Source: Amoebophrya sp. A120
Lineage: Eukaryota > Protista > Dinoflagellata
Direction: 5' to 3'
Assembly: GCA_905178155.1 (NCBI GenBank)
Contig: CAJINV010000011.1
Span: forward strand, 2,652,485 to 2,716,484
Length of the DNA: 64,000 nt
Part shown: one piece after another, positions 1 to 13,670 of the stretch
Position numbering within the stretch: position 1 is the stretch's first letter
Layout: each line of letters opens with the position of its first letter
Translations under genes and position numbers: made by a program
The notes under the pieces: model-generated
Told to the model about the DNA's origin: nothing
The model's database searches: none
The model's input: only the letters and a program-made list of their open reading frames with translations

Positions 1-176
1 AGGCCAGCGTTTCTAAGTTTGAAGATTCATATTGTTCGTTCTTGGAAGATCCAAATCATGGTATTTAGCGGCGTGTTGAGTGGACGAGTCACGAGCTCGA
101 ACTCGAACTTCTGCTGCTCAGGGACAACAAGCTTCTTCTGAAATAAACAACTCTGACCCATCTCCCGCAGCTAGAA

Positions 177-2807
177 CTAGAAGCCGCTTTTCTGTTTCAT
201 CTTTGCCTTCCCATTTGCGTCGCTGACGTTGGCCCCGAACCGCATGTTGGCCCAGGGAGTATCGTTCCTTACATTTTTGTAGTGGTATGGATTTTCCTCC
301 ACTTTCCGTCCGTGCACGAGGCGCGCGCGCGTGTCTTCTACGCTCGAGTTGGCCGTGAAGCTGTCGTCTGCTTTTATCAGCACGCAGCACACAAACCCGC
401 GGTTGTTTGTGTAGTCCAACGCGGCGCCGACCGAAACGACGTGGGTCTTCTCACTTTCCGTTTCGCCCCACGCCTCGCAGGCCCGCCAGTGCGGGATGGC
501 TTCCAGGGCAATTTGGCGCATCGCCACGTCGGTGCCCGTCGTGTTTGCCGCGCGACCGGGACCCGCAAGGGAAGAGGATGAACTCGAAGAGCCGCCCTGA
601 GAAAAAAGAGGACATTGAGATGATTTGGTTTTGAATGAGATCGCCCAAAGAAATGAAATCTACGTTCGCACAAGTTGAGGCTCGACGATTTTTGACATAT
701 CTTCCAGCTGCTACATGATACTCGTACATCGATGACATCGCAAGAAGAGCACCGGCTTTGTATGTAAGCATGAATTATATAATCATACCTGCGTCGACTG
801 CAACCCGAATGCGTGCGGTATCTCGCCCTCCCAGTGAAAGTGCGATATTTTGACGCTTGGCGGGAGTAACATGTGGTCTGCGAGCGACTGAAAAAAGTCT
901 TTTCTCTCCGCCAATAGCCTTTCGTTTTCCTTCGCCTCCTCCTCCGCACCGACCGGCTTGGTGTTGCGTTTTATGATCCTGTATCCACAGTAAATCTTCC
1001 GTACACGACGTACAAATCTTGTTCTGCATGACAAAAGTTGCCTTCAATCTTAGTCAGCATTACAAGTTTGACACTCGAAGGTAGCGAAATTTGTCATGCA
1101 TTTTGTACAGGTACGGGAAATCTGTATTGCATATCCTGCTGTCCTCGAACACCTGTTCCCGGTGCTTCATTCGGCAGCGCTGCGTCCAAAGGCGCGCTGC
1201 GTCCGCCGCGATGCTGTGGTGGGCGGAATTGAAGCTGGAGCCATGTTGATCCACAGCGAACGAATCTGATTTTGGTCCTGCACTTTCACTCCCATGATCC
1301 ATCTTTCTGCTAATCGTCAAAACGAGCGCTTCCACTACCGCGTCCTTGACCGCCGCCTCGAGATTTCTTTCCTTCAACGAGAGCGCTTCGACATTTGATG
1401 TCATTGCCCCGCTCACGTTGGGAGGTACAAACCAGGACTCTACGAGGGCGCCAGCGGTTCCGGACTGCTCGGATAACTGTTCCTTCTTTTGTGCAGCGAC
1501 TTGCTGCTGATAATTCCCCGCCCGGTTAAAATTTGCACTGTCGGTTAAAACCTTACCCGGGTTCGCGTACACGAACAGCAGATCCCGACAGGTGACCTCC
1601 AAGTCGTCCGGTATAAGCACTTTCGGATCCACTTGCAGCCATCTCCTGGTGCCCTTGGCTTTGGAGATTTCCAGGCAGTATTGGATGCAGGACCTGCCGA
1701 TCAAGGCTTGCAACTTCTGCTCCGGGCTGAAAACGTACAACCCCTGCTCCTGGGCTATTTTCCCCCGCAGCGCGTTGACCTTGTCGAGTATGCTGTTCGT
1801 CGCGGCGCTGCCGCCGGTGCTGGGGGAGGTGGGGACAACGTTGTTGGAGTCTGGCGCGTGAAAACCGCAAAGTTCCAGCATCTTTTCCCCACTGGGGAAT
1901 TGGAGCAGCTCGCGCTTCAACTTGTCGTTCTTCATCGGGATGGACGTGAGACTGCGTGTAGTATAGTTTTTTCGTTTGATAAAAACTTCAGAAAGTGTGT
2001 GCAGCTCAGTACCGCTGCCGATCCATGTCCATGAACAAGAACATTGAAAATAAATCCTGAAAGCGACATACGAGAAATAAGTTTCGGCACGAAAAAGCTA
2101 TGAAAAAAGTACCCTTTCAGCAGGCAGTTGTCGATGAGCACGGAGAGGCAGTGCAGACTCTGCAAACTCGTATCCTCCGTTATGAGTTGCAGCCCGATTT
2201 TTTTCAAAGCTTGACAATGCGCGGACACAAACGTGGCCAGATCGTCCATCACGTCGCTACTGGAGACAGAACCACCGAAACCCGTCTTCACCATGTCCGA
2301 TTTTGCGGCGAACCTGAGATGAGGGTAGCGGTCAGCATCAGCACGGTTTTCGTTTTTGGCATAGCCCATACAAGTGAAATGGGAATACCACAAGACCGCT
2401 GCTGTTCGTACACTACAGCTCCAGTTTTTATTTGCACTTGCAGCTTTTATTCAACCGTAGAAAAAATACGCTTGATTTCTTTTTTTCCGCAGGTCCTCGC
2501 TGTTCACCTTGGATTGCGGCAGGAGGTATTCCCGCAGCCCGGCGACCACCGGTTGGATCCAGCAATAGCCCATATACATGGCTAAAACCAGCAATAACGC
2601 CTGAAACACCGGCGACATTTCGACGCCTGGCATTGGGCCACTAGCTCGGCCGCTGTTGATGTCCATTCCCGGAGGGACCTGATCTGGTCCCAAATTTGTT
2701 CCTGCGTCGGCAGAAGCTGAAGCACCCTGTGGCGGCACGGGGCCAGCACCGGGAGAAGCGCCACCACCCATCATTGTGGGATCCGGACCAACGCCTGGGG
2801 TGCTCAT
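177..2807 (-). CDS. Multi-exon hypothetical protein with an N-terminal TM segment and a possible PUB-like domain
   Basis: ORFs 2451-2807, 1932-2393, 1060-1935, 783-1034 and 177-527 join through GT-AG introns (e.g. 597-788, frame checked) and the introner at 982-1133. IPMKNDKLKRELLQFPSGEKMLELCGF resembles the PUB motif, by eye. Confidence 0.6.
982..1133. mobile_element. Introner family A (non-canonical intron), reverse orientation relative to the other two copies
   Basis: TSD tcctg at 977-981 and 1134-1138; ends tatccacag...gtattgcata. Its reverse complement aligns with 53679-53831. Removal gives FEDSRIIKRN. Confidence 0.9.
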
Positions 2808-3430
2808 AGATGATTCTGATTGTAGTCTTTTGTATAATGTTGACTAAGCGTCACTTGCCAGAATGTGAAAAATGTGGACAACTAGAAAGGACGGGAATCT
2901 GTTGTAGCTGTACTAGGTGCTCATACCTGTTGGACTGTTAGAGCACAGAAAAAGCGAAAGGGGATGCGTAGTCGTAGTAGGACTAGGAGAGAAGTAAATA
3001 TAAGGTTTTTCATTCACTAGAATGTAGCTTTATCGAAAACGTAGTCGTAGTCGGAGAGGGGAGCCGCGGATGTAACCACCTCTAGAGGGGACATGGGGGG
3101 ATCTGAAAATGGGGATAACGAAGTCAGTGGTTAACTTGCTGAACAACGTGTGAGCAACATCACGACACCGAACCTCGGTCAGTGATAACTAGGCAGAACA
3201 CGACGCGCCACCTGTCTGGCATCAAATACAAATTCAAAATCGCCATGACTCTCAAGTAGTAATAGTGCGCGCTTTAGATTTTATCTTCATCGTCGCTCGT
3301 TCTCACTCGACGTCCAATGACAACTGATAGTACAAACATGTTGTACTTACAACATGTGTGAATAAGTGCATCTATTTTGGCTGGCAGTACGTAGTATGGA
3401 TGCACCTTCTCGAGTACTAGGGGAGCGTGG

Positions 3431-6400
3431 TCACCCACGACCGCCCCACAGTACCGTGACGTCTACGCCCTTGAAAGTTTCGGACACGGACTCGCCCCGG
3501 ATGATGGTCCCGATGGTTTCTTGGAACGCGAGCAGCGCCCCGAGAAAGAACCCAATCATGAAGACCAGGCAAAAGTTCGGGAAGCCGCTATTCCTTCGCA
3601 GCTTCACGGTGACGTCCGTCTGTCCGAGCACGCTGAACAGCAACAGTTCTCGCTGCTGGTCGCGCCGGGAAGTGAGTTCGACTTCCAGTCTGGAGGAGAG
3701 CACCGAAGAGGCGTCGTCGTCCTCGTGGTAGTACGAAGTGAAATCTTCTGATGTTTGCTTCGACGTTGTAAGGGACGTGTCCGAGAGAATCTCAGACGTC
3801 TGTGAGCCACCGCCGCCTGCGGAGGAGAGAAACTCTGAGTCGTGGTCCTCCGCATAGGCCGCGCCGTCGTCGCGGAACAACTCATTATCCTTGTCCTCTC
3901 TTCCAGATGATCCCGTCCGTAGTTTTCTGTGTTTTCGCTTTCTGGGAGAGGTGGCGGTATCAGAAAGTGATCCGCCCGAGGGGCTTCTGAACTTCACCCG
4001 CGGTCGCGCGCGGGTCGACGGACTTGGACTGCTGCCAGCGCTTAGCGACGCATCAGATTGCGATGGGGTTTGCTCGTCCTGCTGTTGTCTTTCTGGCATT
4101 TGTCGATCAGACGCGTCGATCCTGGCGGTACTCCCGGAATCCACTTGGAATTCCTCTGGGGAAAATTTCACGATAGCCTCATCTAGAAGTACTACAGGCT
4201 CGCCAAGGTCGTTTGTACTAGTGTCATTTGGAGGTGGTATTGCGCGTGCGGCGGACGGTCGTGCATAAGTACCATCAAGAACAACCGCACCACCAGGAAC
4301 CTCGCCACCTCGTGCCGTTCCCCCACTGGCACTGCTTCGACCATCCCCTGTGATCTTCCCGACCCGACTCGGAGTCGTGCCGCTGTGCTCTCTACTTTCC
4401 GGGTGGTCTTTTTGTAACGTCGTCACGCTCGACGTCGCAGCCTGGTCCGGCTCGTCGATAAGCCCGAGCTTCTGCAGCATCCGGACCGCGGACCGATGCA
4501 AAATCGTGTTGCGCCCGAACAAGGTAAACAGCACCTTGGTCGGCAGGTAGAACACCATGCCGATCGCCATGTTGCGCAGCGTCCACGCGGTCGTCGTGTA
4601 GTCCTCGAAAAATTTTGCGCTCTCCTGCAGCCAAAGCTTCGCCCGGTGGATCTTGTACTCTTCCGCGGGCTCGTCGAATTCTGCCAAGACGGCGTAGAGC
4701 TCCGCCTTCCGTTGCTCCACCATGCGGAGCTGCAGGCCCTGGAGAAAAAAACACGCAATGTTCTTCATCGCGAGCGGGGGCCAGAGAGGGGTGGGCGATT
4801 GCAGTGTGATCAGAAACAGGTACATCCGCAGCAAGCCAAACGGCAGGTCGACGAGAAAAAGCGAAATTTTCGCGGACCGCTCCCGCGCACACGTCACGTC
4901 TAGCTGCGTTCGCAGCAGGAAAGAGGTGTGCGCAATGCTGCCGGTGACCGCAGTGGTCGCGAGCGGGTGCTCGTGGGCGGACCGGGTCGAGGCGATCAGC
5001 CCCTCGCCCGCCTTGCTGAAGGTGCTGAAGCCGTGGCTGCGGTCACTGACGCTTTGGCGGTCGAGGTCAGCGTCCGTGGCCGTTGCTCGTCTTGTGGTTT
5101 CTTGTTGGAAATTTTCCGCCATCTGCTCGTATAGTTTTTTCACTTTGCTCTTCTTTTTCTTCTTATTTCTCCGGGACGTCGTAGTTGCGGGGGCTTGGTT
5201 ATCATTTTCGACGTTGTCATCTGTGGTCACCCTCACCTCATCCATGTTTACTATCGCAGAACTGGATGAACTGCCTCCACGATAGCTCGTCAACTGCTTG
5301 CCACTACCTTCTTCCCGCACAAGGCCGGCCATTTCTTGTCGCTCAAACAGCTCATCCAGCAGCGCCCGCTTTGGTCCCTCAACCTTCGAAGGAGTCCGCG
5401 GCGCCGCATTGTAGTTTCCTCTACTCGTGGAGGTTGTGGTGGTGGAGCGAGCTCCTGCTGCGCTAGATGTTGCTGTTGCTGTTCCCCTGGGGAGCGGGAG
5501 GTCAGATTCATCTGCTAGTACCGGATTTACATCTACATCTTCTGGAAGCTCTTGTTCCACAGTAACCACGACGTCCTGCGGGTCAACAACCACAGGATCC
5601 CGCTCCTCGACGTGCTCTTCATCCGCCCCACCTACAGTTCGGCTACTCGACCTACTTCCCATACTCGTCCGCAGCGTCGTCGCCCGCGAGATTTCCGTGA
5701 ATCGCGGATCGTCGACGGCAGAAGTTCCCGCAGTGCCGCTCGACGCCGAGAGTCGAGCGGAAGTCCGGCGGGGGTCTACAGGAACACTAGTAGTACCGGC
5801 GCCAGCTGCTGTGTTGCTGGAACGAATTCCTCTCGTCCCGCCCTGCTGCTCCGGCGTCACCTCGCCACTACCTACGTTGTCGTCTGCTGTGAACAATGTG
5901 GTCGTGTCGGGAGATGTTGTTGAAAACAACTCCATGTGCTGGTCCGGCTCCCTAAAGGAACTACTTCTCCGCAATTCTTCTTCCTCCTGCTCTGCGGCGA
6001 GGCGCTTTTCCGCGGCTCTCTGCAGCGCCTCCTTCCCGAGCACTGCTTCGTGCACCGCCTGCACCGTCTCCACGGGGAGCACACTCCATTGAAACTTCCA
6101 CTCCGCCCCCGGGAAGGACTGCGCGTGGGCGAGGAGAGAGAGAAAAATGAACAGCGGGGAGAGTCTTCGGAAGACGTTTAACGCCTCCCATATCGTGACA
6201 AAAAAGTGTTTCACTGTAAGGGTTTTGCCAGTTTTGCATCACAAGTTCGTATACGCATGACCGAGAAAACTTGTCATGCGAGGTTCCTAAGAGAAAACAA
6301 AGGTAAAAACCCGAAGTCTTGCACGTGTAGCAAGACAAATGCGTCTTTGTTCTATTCTATGCATCACAAGTTTACAGTGAAACAGTTTCTTCTTGCGATA

Positions 6401-7806
6401 TCCCAGTTCTCTAGGACAATGTCCACGTCGAGGAAGTCTTGCAAGCGATATGAAGTGCAAAAGAATCGTACGAAAGTCGTACAGTATTTGCAGTGGTCAA
6501 CACGTATGCCGCGTCCAACGCAACTTTGACTTTCTAGTTCTACCTGAGCATAGCATGACAAATTTTCTTCGCATTTTTGTTCTCAAGAAAATTTGTGATG
6601 CAAATTAAACTACGTACGATACGTTTGCAGAATGCGTAAGCGACTGTACTTCACCATGTTCACCACGTCAACGATGTCCAGCGCCACGTGCCACACCATA
6701 TCTTGGTGCATGATAATATCCGGCGTGGGCATCCCGTGAAAGTGCCCGAACAACGCTTTCTGGGCCCGGAACATCAACGCGATGTACACCACGGACACGA
6801 GGTACAGGCTGACGGAGAGGCTCGCGGGGGTGCGCAACCAGGCGTAGGCGTCCGCGGTGGTGCCAGCGATCGCATCCACGTGGGGGAGGACCTTCAGGTA
6901 CAAGACCACGAATTTCCCGGCCATGAGCCAGGAGTAGCTGATCCAGATGACCGCGCCCATCTTGGTATCCTGAGTAAAAACGTACCCACACCAGAGTCAG
7001 GATGGGGATTTTGCAACACAAACCTAAGAGCTTTGTGAGTCACGCATGACAAGTTGCGCGATGCAGTGTAGTGCAGGTTAGCACGTGCAGCCGCATCACA
7101 GATTCATCTGCTCATCCTGTAGTTCACAGCATCACAAATTCCAAAACACGACTGGAAATGGTTCTCATGGGGATGCGCGTTACAAGTCTTCCTGTCTTTG
7201 CAAATCTGCATTACAACTCTGGCGTGGGTACGTTTTTACTCAGGATACTTGGCCGCCTTCTCCGCGGAGTAGTTGTGGAGCATGTAGAGCTATCCTGTGC
7301 AAAAGTATCGTACTCGTACTAATTGCAAATATGCATGACAAATCTTCTTCCTAAGGTAAAACAGCATTACAAGTTCTACTTCTCTTCTTGCCAAAATTTG
7401 TAATGCAATCTATACTAGTACGATACTTTTGCAATGCATAAGAGCAGCTGGCAACCTTCGACGAGAAAGAGCGCAATCACCCCGTCCTCCGTGATGTAGT
7501 AGTATCCTGTGCAAAAGCATCATACTCGGTCGTTTAAATGCAAGTCTTGCATTACAAATCTTGTTCCCAAGGCAAATCTGCATTACAAATTTTATATCTC
7601 ATGCTGAGGAAAGTTGTAATGCATTTATACGAGTACGATACTTTTGCACTGCATAAGTAGTAGAAAAAGACGAAATTCAGCACCCACGATTGAAACCCGA
7701 TCGCGATCACGGAGACCAAATAGCTCAGGTTCATGAAATTCAGCAGTCGGTCACACACGGTTTGGTGCACCTTGCGCTTGTAATTGAACGCGCGGTTGCC
7801 CGACAT
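3431..7806 (-). CDS. Multi-pass membrane protein, TMEM121/CECR6 (or TMEM26)-like, with long low-complexity insertions; 6 exons, about 1121 aa
   Basis: Removing five introners (each plus one TSD) gives a continuous frame: exons 7656-7806, 7441-7497, 7248-7285, 6639-6960, 6401-6443 and 3431-6185. Motifs ALDIVDVV and FLVDLPFGLLRMYLF...MKN. Confidence 0.7.
6191..6400. mobile_element. Introner, single copy in window
   Basis: TSD tccca; TIR tatcg...tgtttcactgtaa / ttacagtgaaaca...cgata. Frame restored (LENWEALN). Confidence 0.9.
6449..6638. mobile_element. Introner family D (diverged)
   Basis: TSD agcga; ends tatgaagtgcaaaagaatcgtacg...cgtacgatacgtttgcagaatgcgta. Frame restored (KYSRLQDF). Confidence 0.85.
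6966..7247. mobile_element. Introner family B
   Basis: TSD cttgg; near-perfect TIR of about 32 bp, tatcctgagtaaaaacgtacccac(a/g)ccagagt. Full-length similarity to 31837-32115. Confidence 0.95.
7291..7440. mobile_element. Introner family D
   Basis: TSD agagc; TIR tatcctgtgcaaaagtatcgtact / agtacgatacttttgcaatgcata. Confidence 0.95.
7503..7655. mobile_element. Introner family D
   Basis: TSD agtag. Its reverse complement closely matches 47585-47729. Confidence 0.95.
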
Positions 7807-8768
7807 GGTTTCGGCCGGGCTGTCTGCGAGACTGGAGGAGGTGCTATTCGTATTCTTCCTGTAGATGCACGTCCACCACTACCCCTATACTGACGCGCGA
7901 TGCCTTCCTCGGTAAGACACTCTCTGCGCAACAAATAGACTCTTCATCCCGCGGCAGGACGGTCTAGTCGTGATTGTTGTTGCTCCTCGTGGCACAACAT
8001 CAACGGTTGGCCGAGATGCCGTCGTTTTCGACGTGGGAGCGGCACCGTCGGTTCCCGGTCCTGAGCTCGTCGTCGTCGTGCTTTCTACTACACGACAACA
8101 TGGGTGTTAGTTCAGAAAGACAGGCGCAGGCTCAGCCGCCCCTGGCGCGATCACCATCTGCGTGGACGCGGAAAGTAGTTTGGAGAAGCACCCATATCGC
8201 TTTTCTGAACCACCACAGGAAGGGCAGGCGGTGTCCGCGAGTGAAATGTCATTTTTCGAAAACCACATCCCGGAAAAGAAAATGAAGAAAGCAGTAATAA
8301 ATATAGATTTGTTCGTCCCAAATACATGAAATGACACCAAATGTGTATCATGTCGATGTACGTTGTTGTGCGCTCTAGTGGTTTTAAAAGCGTCCTTTCG
8401 TTGTATGTGCGCGAACTACATTGAGAAACATAAATTCACGAAAAAAAAAGTTTTATCGCTCGTGGCCCGCCACCCTACGCATCATCAAGATTATCTAGTT
8501 CCAGTTATCCGAGAGTGACGAAAGCCACTGACTTCCACGTCTACGCTCTCAGGACGAACAGTGGCACGCGAGAGTTGATCAGAAACAGCAACCCGGCATC
8601 CTGTGCAATGCGCAGCTCTAGTCTGCAGCTTTGTGGGTGTTTCCGCTCATCGTATCTTTCAGTTACAGTCCGCGATGGATCGCTGTTGGTCAATGAGTGT
8701 GACGTTTACGAGCCTCGTTTGAACAACATCAATGAAGTTTTCATCACACATTTTTGGCATTCCGTCTT

Positions 8769-9696
8769 CTACGAAGCGCCCGCAACCGTATAAGCGGGCG
8801 GCGGTCGCCGGACAAATTGTTCCAAAGACGGGTCGAATTGCTGGTGGATTTTCGTCCACGCCACCGCGTCCTCGTCCGGCACATCCTCTGACAGGCACAG
8901 AAACCCGAGAAACTGCGCCGCGATGGTCAAATCTGCCGACTTGCCGAAGATTTCCTTGAACAAATCCTCGTTGAAAACAGTTTCCGGCTTGTTTGTTGTA
9001 GAAGAACCTCCTGCAGCTACCCTCTTCAGCTTGAACAGGACCTGCTCCGTTTCCACGTCGGCATCAACCATGGTTTCTTCCGCGGGAGAGATTTTCAATT
9101 CCGCAAAATGGTTGGGGACTTGCTGGAGGGCAGCAGAGTTCGACGCCCCACCAGTGTTTGTTGTCTTGAAAACGGGGGTCTTGTCTTGCTGCTGCCTGGA
9201 CTCCGTGTAGTGGACTAAATACTTCCGCTTCAGGACGAAACGCAAATCCGCTTTGTACTCCAGGTCGGTCGTAAATTTGGAGGAAAGAATGCGCAAATCC
9301 GATACCTGTTAGCGGCGTTAATTGTTCTGTGACTTTTTGGACAAGATTCTGGCTGACATAAAAAGGTTGTATTGCAGTTGCACACGACAGATGACATGAA
9401 CATCACGGTCATGCTGTTTTTACCATCTCCGAAAAGACCGGCGATTTGATCCTTTCTGTCCACTGGATCATACGGTCCCGCAATGTCGTGGTCCTCTGGC
9501 CGCGCACGGGTGACAAACTTTCCTCGGGCTCGGAGTCCTCCGAGAGGTTTTCGAGGTCCTCGACCTCCATCGAGCAAGTAGCTTGGTCGAACAACATGAG
9601 TCGCTTTTTGTCGCTTTGGTGAGGCAGGTTTATTTCCTTCTGCTGCTTCCAAGCGATACCAACCGCTGTAGGTTCTAGAAAAGAGTCCACGACCAC
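8769..9696 (-). CDS. Hypothetical protein, 3' exons; 5' end not resolved
   Basis: ORFs 9409-9696 and 8769-9296 can be linked by a GT-AG intron at about 9306-9423. No recognisable domain. Confidence 0.45.
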
Positions 9697-11027
9697 GTGG
9701 AAGAAGAGAATTGATGATCAACAGCACGTAGTGCAATTGAAATACATATACTTGTATGTAGCGTCGCCGTCTCAAGTAGTGCCTCTCTCATTCTTCATCA
9801 TCGTAAATATTGGCACGTCGGGACAATTAAGTAGAAATGGCAACTTTTCGCAGTTTCGTTTCGAAGCACTCTTGTGTCACGCGACTTTCTTTCCACATGG
9901 CAGACATATCTACCTTCTTGGTGCTAGACATAAGAATTGAGAAGCGACACCCTGTCATCTCTCCCGCTCAATTCGTGCACATCGCATAACCCGCGCCGTC
10001 CCTTACAGTGGTCAAGAAGTGTATCCGCTTTTACCTCTCAACAGGCGACACACCTCACTCAACCCCAGCAACATCCTTCAGAGATACAGCTTCCCTCGCA
10101 TGTAAAAATGGAGGTCACCAAACTTCGTCTGCAACTTAAAGAAAGTTTCCACTCGGTGGGGGTCGTCACTTGTCCACCTCGAAATCCAAGAGCTTCAAAG
10201 ATTGCGCGCACCACCCGACAGCATTTTTTCCTTGCGGCCGACGCCAGTGCTACACTTCTGACGACGCATGTCTTGTCAGGCGTGGCGTGACGAAAAATCA
10301 GCTGGTCCGACTTCCCATCGGAATTCGCATATACCCTGCGTGGAGAGATATGGTACATGCAGACGACCGTATGTATGGTAGATTGTGCAGTCAGCGCTGA
10401 TGGACCAAGTAGTGCAGACGACGGAACAGAAAGATGAATACGCGAAACAGAGAAGCTCTCGCCCTGAATCGGGCGTCGGCCCAGTCGCGCTGCTTACTGC
10501 GCTTTGTCGTATATTTTTGTATATTTTTTTGGTTTTCAATGTGAGGCATATTTGGTCTCATATTTTTAAGGTTTCAATGGCAACAATCTACGTCCTTTGT
10601 GCATCAGGAGAAGCAGTGGCATTCGTTTGAAGCACATCTGCAGCTCCACGCAAAGTCAGTGGAATTATGCTACCATTTCCGCAACCGACGCTCCGCCGAA
10701 GGAGCGGCAGCTGCACACAGAAGTCGAAATGTGTACCTGCTACACCTATTGGTGGATGAAGAGGCAAAACGATATCTGTGTCTGAAGAAGAAATAGTAGT
10801 AAAAAGTACTGTACTGCTTCACTCTACAAAGTCCAAGATAATGTCTACTTATACTGTTCTACTGATACTACAAACGCACATGTGGCCTTGTAAATAGCTT
10901 AGAAGATCAGAACGAGAAGCTTACTTCGAAGGCAGTGTAGTGGCAGACACATCATGACGCAAGGTCACGAAAGTCACAGTCACTAGTGAACCAGTACAAC
11001 AATTTCAATTACTGACTAGCTCTAGAC

Positions 11028-12515
<1,488 letters not shown>

Positions 12516-13670
12516 TTTGGTGGAGTCGAGTTAGTGGCCCGAGAAAGAGAAAATACAAAAAACTGGAGTTGTAAAAGACTTCGATCGAACGAATGTCTCC
12601 TACTTTTTTTTGGGGAATTGTTTTCGCATCACTTAGTGCAACGCGAGACACCGGATCGGGCTAACAAAAAGCAATCCATCAATGGAGACGGGGTCACGGT
12701 GAGACAGTCATCGCTAGAGTCATTATAAATATTGGCAAAAAACTTGATAGACGTGCTACACCAAGACCAAAGCTATCTCAAGCTGCGAGCCATCGCACAG
12801 CTCATGTCACAGTGGCCATCACATCGATCTTATCACCAAACCAGGACCAGCTGCCTTCGAGCAAACTCATCATCATCATCAAACTGCACTGGGGGCAGCG
12901 TGCAATGGGTTAAGCTAAAATTTAAGTTTGAATGGCAAAGAGTCCTCTCTATATGTAGAGGATCCGACTAATTTTTCATTTCATCGTCGTCGTGGTCGCT
13001 CTTGCTCCTACACTCATCGCTTCGTAAATAATTGAGTATGAGCTTGTTCGAGGTTGTGTTTCAAATTCAACTGCAAGACTTTTCGAGCAACCTTGCCGCC
13101 GTCCTCACTTCAAGATTGCTGCAGAATTACTTCACACTGAGCACCTCTCACACAGCTCCTTTACCCCAGCCACAACTTCTTTTCCGTTCACGCAGTAACG
13201 AGAAGCATGGAGATACTAAATTTCTCAAGAGGAAGTAGAACACTAAGTTGCTTGGAGACTCTACTACATCGTGTGAAGGCGTATGCTGATTCTGATACAT
13301 ACAGTGTTATTTCAGAAGATTCAGTTTCAGACTCAAAGTAATCATTTGAAAACCAAAAGCGCGATGATACTTATTGCTGTTTCACTGCATAACCCAGAGG
13401 GCACTAAGGCATAAAATTCGCAGAGGACCTGGAGCAAGGAATGCACAACTACAATCTTGAAATTACGTAGCTGCAGAAAGGTACACGGGGGAGAGACAGA
13501 GCAACTCTACCAAAATGAGGATGACGTACGAAGTGGTTAAACGTGACCGCAAAATAGGAAAAGCACATAGAAAAGCCTTGGCTCTGCATGAACAGGGCGG
13601 TAGACCTCCGACCTGGACTCTTGCTACTGATGGTCTACTGTTCGGAAGGTGATCGATACAACATTCTGTT

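Noticed and set aside
7291-7655. Recurring TGCAAAAGTATCGTACTCGTA sequences as a CRISPR array
   Set aside because: They are inverted ends of dispersed elements with TSDs, not direct repeats with regular spacers. The context is eukaryotic and no cas genes are present.
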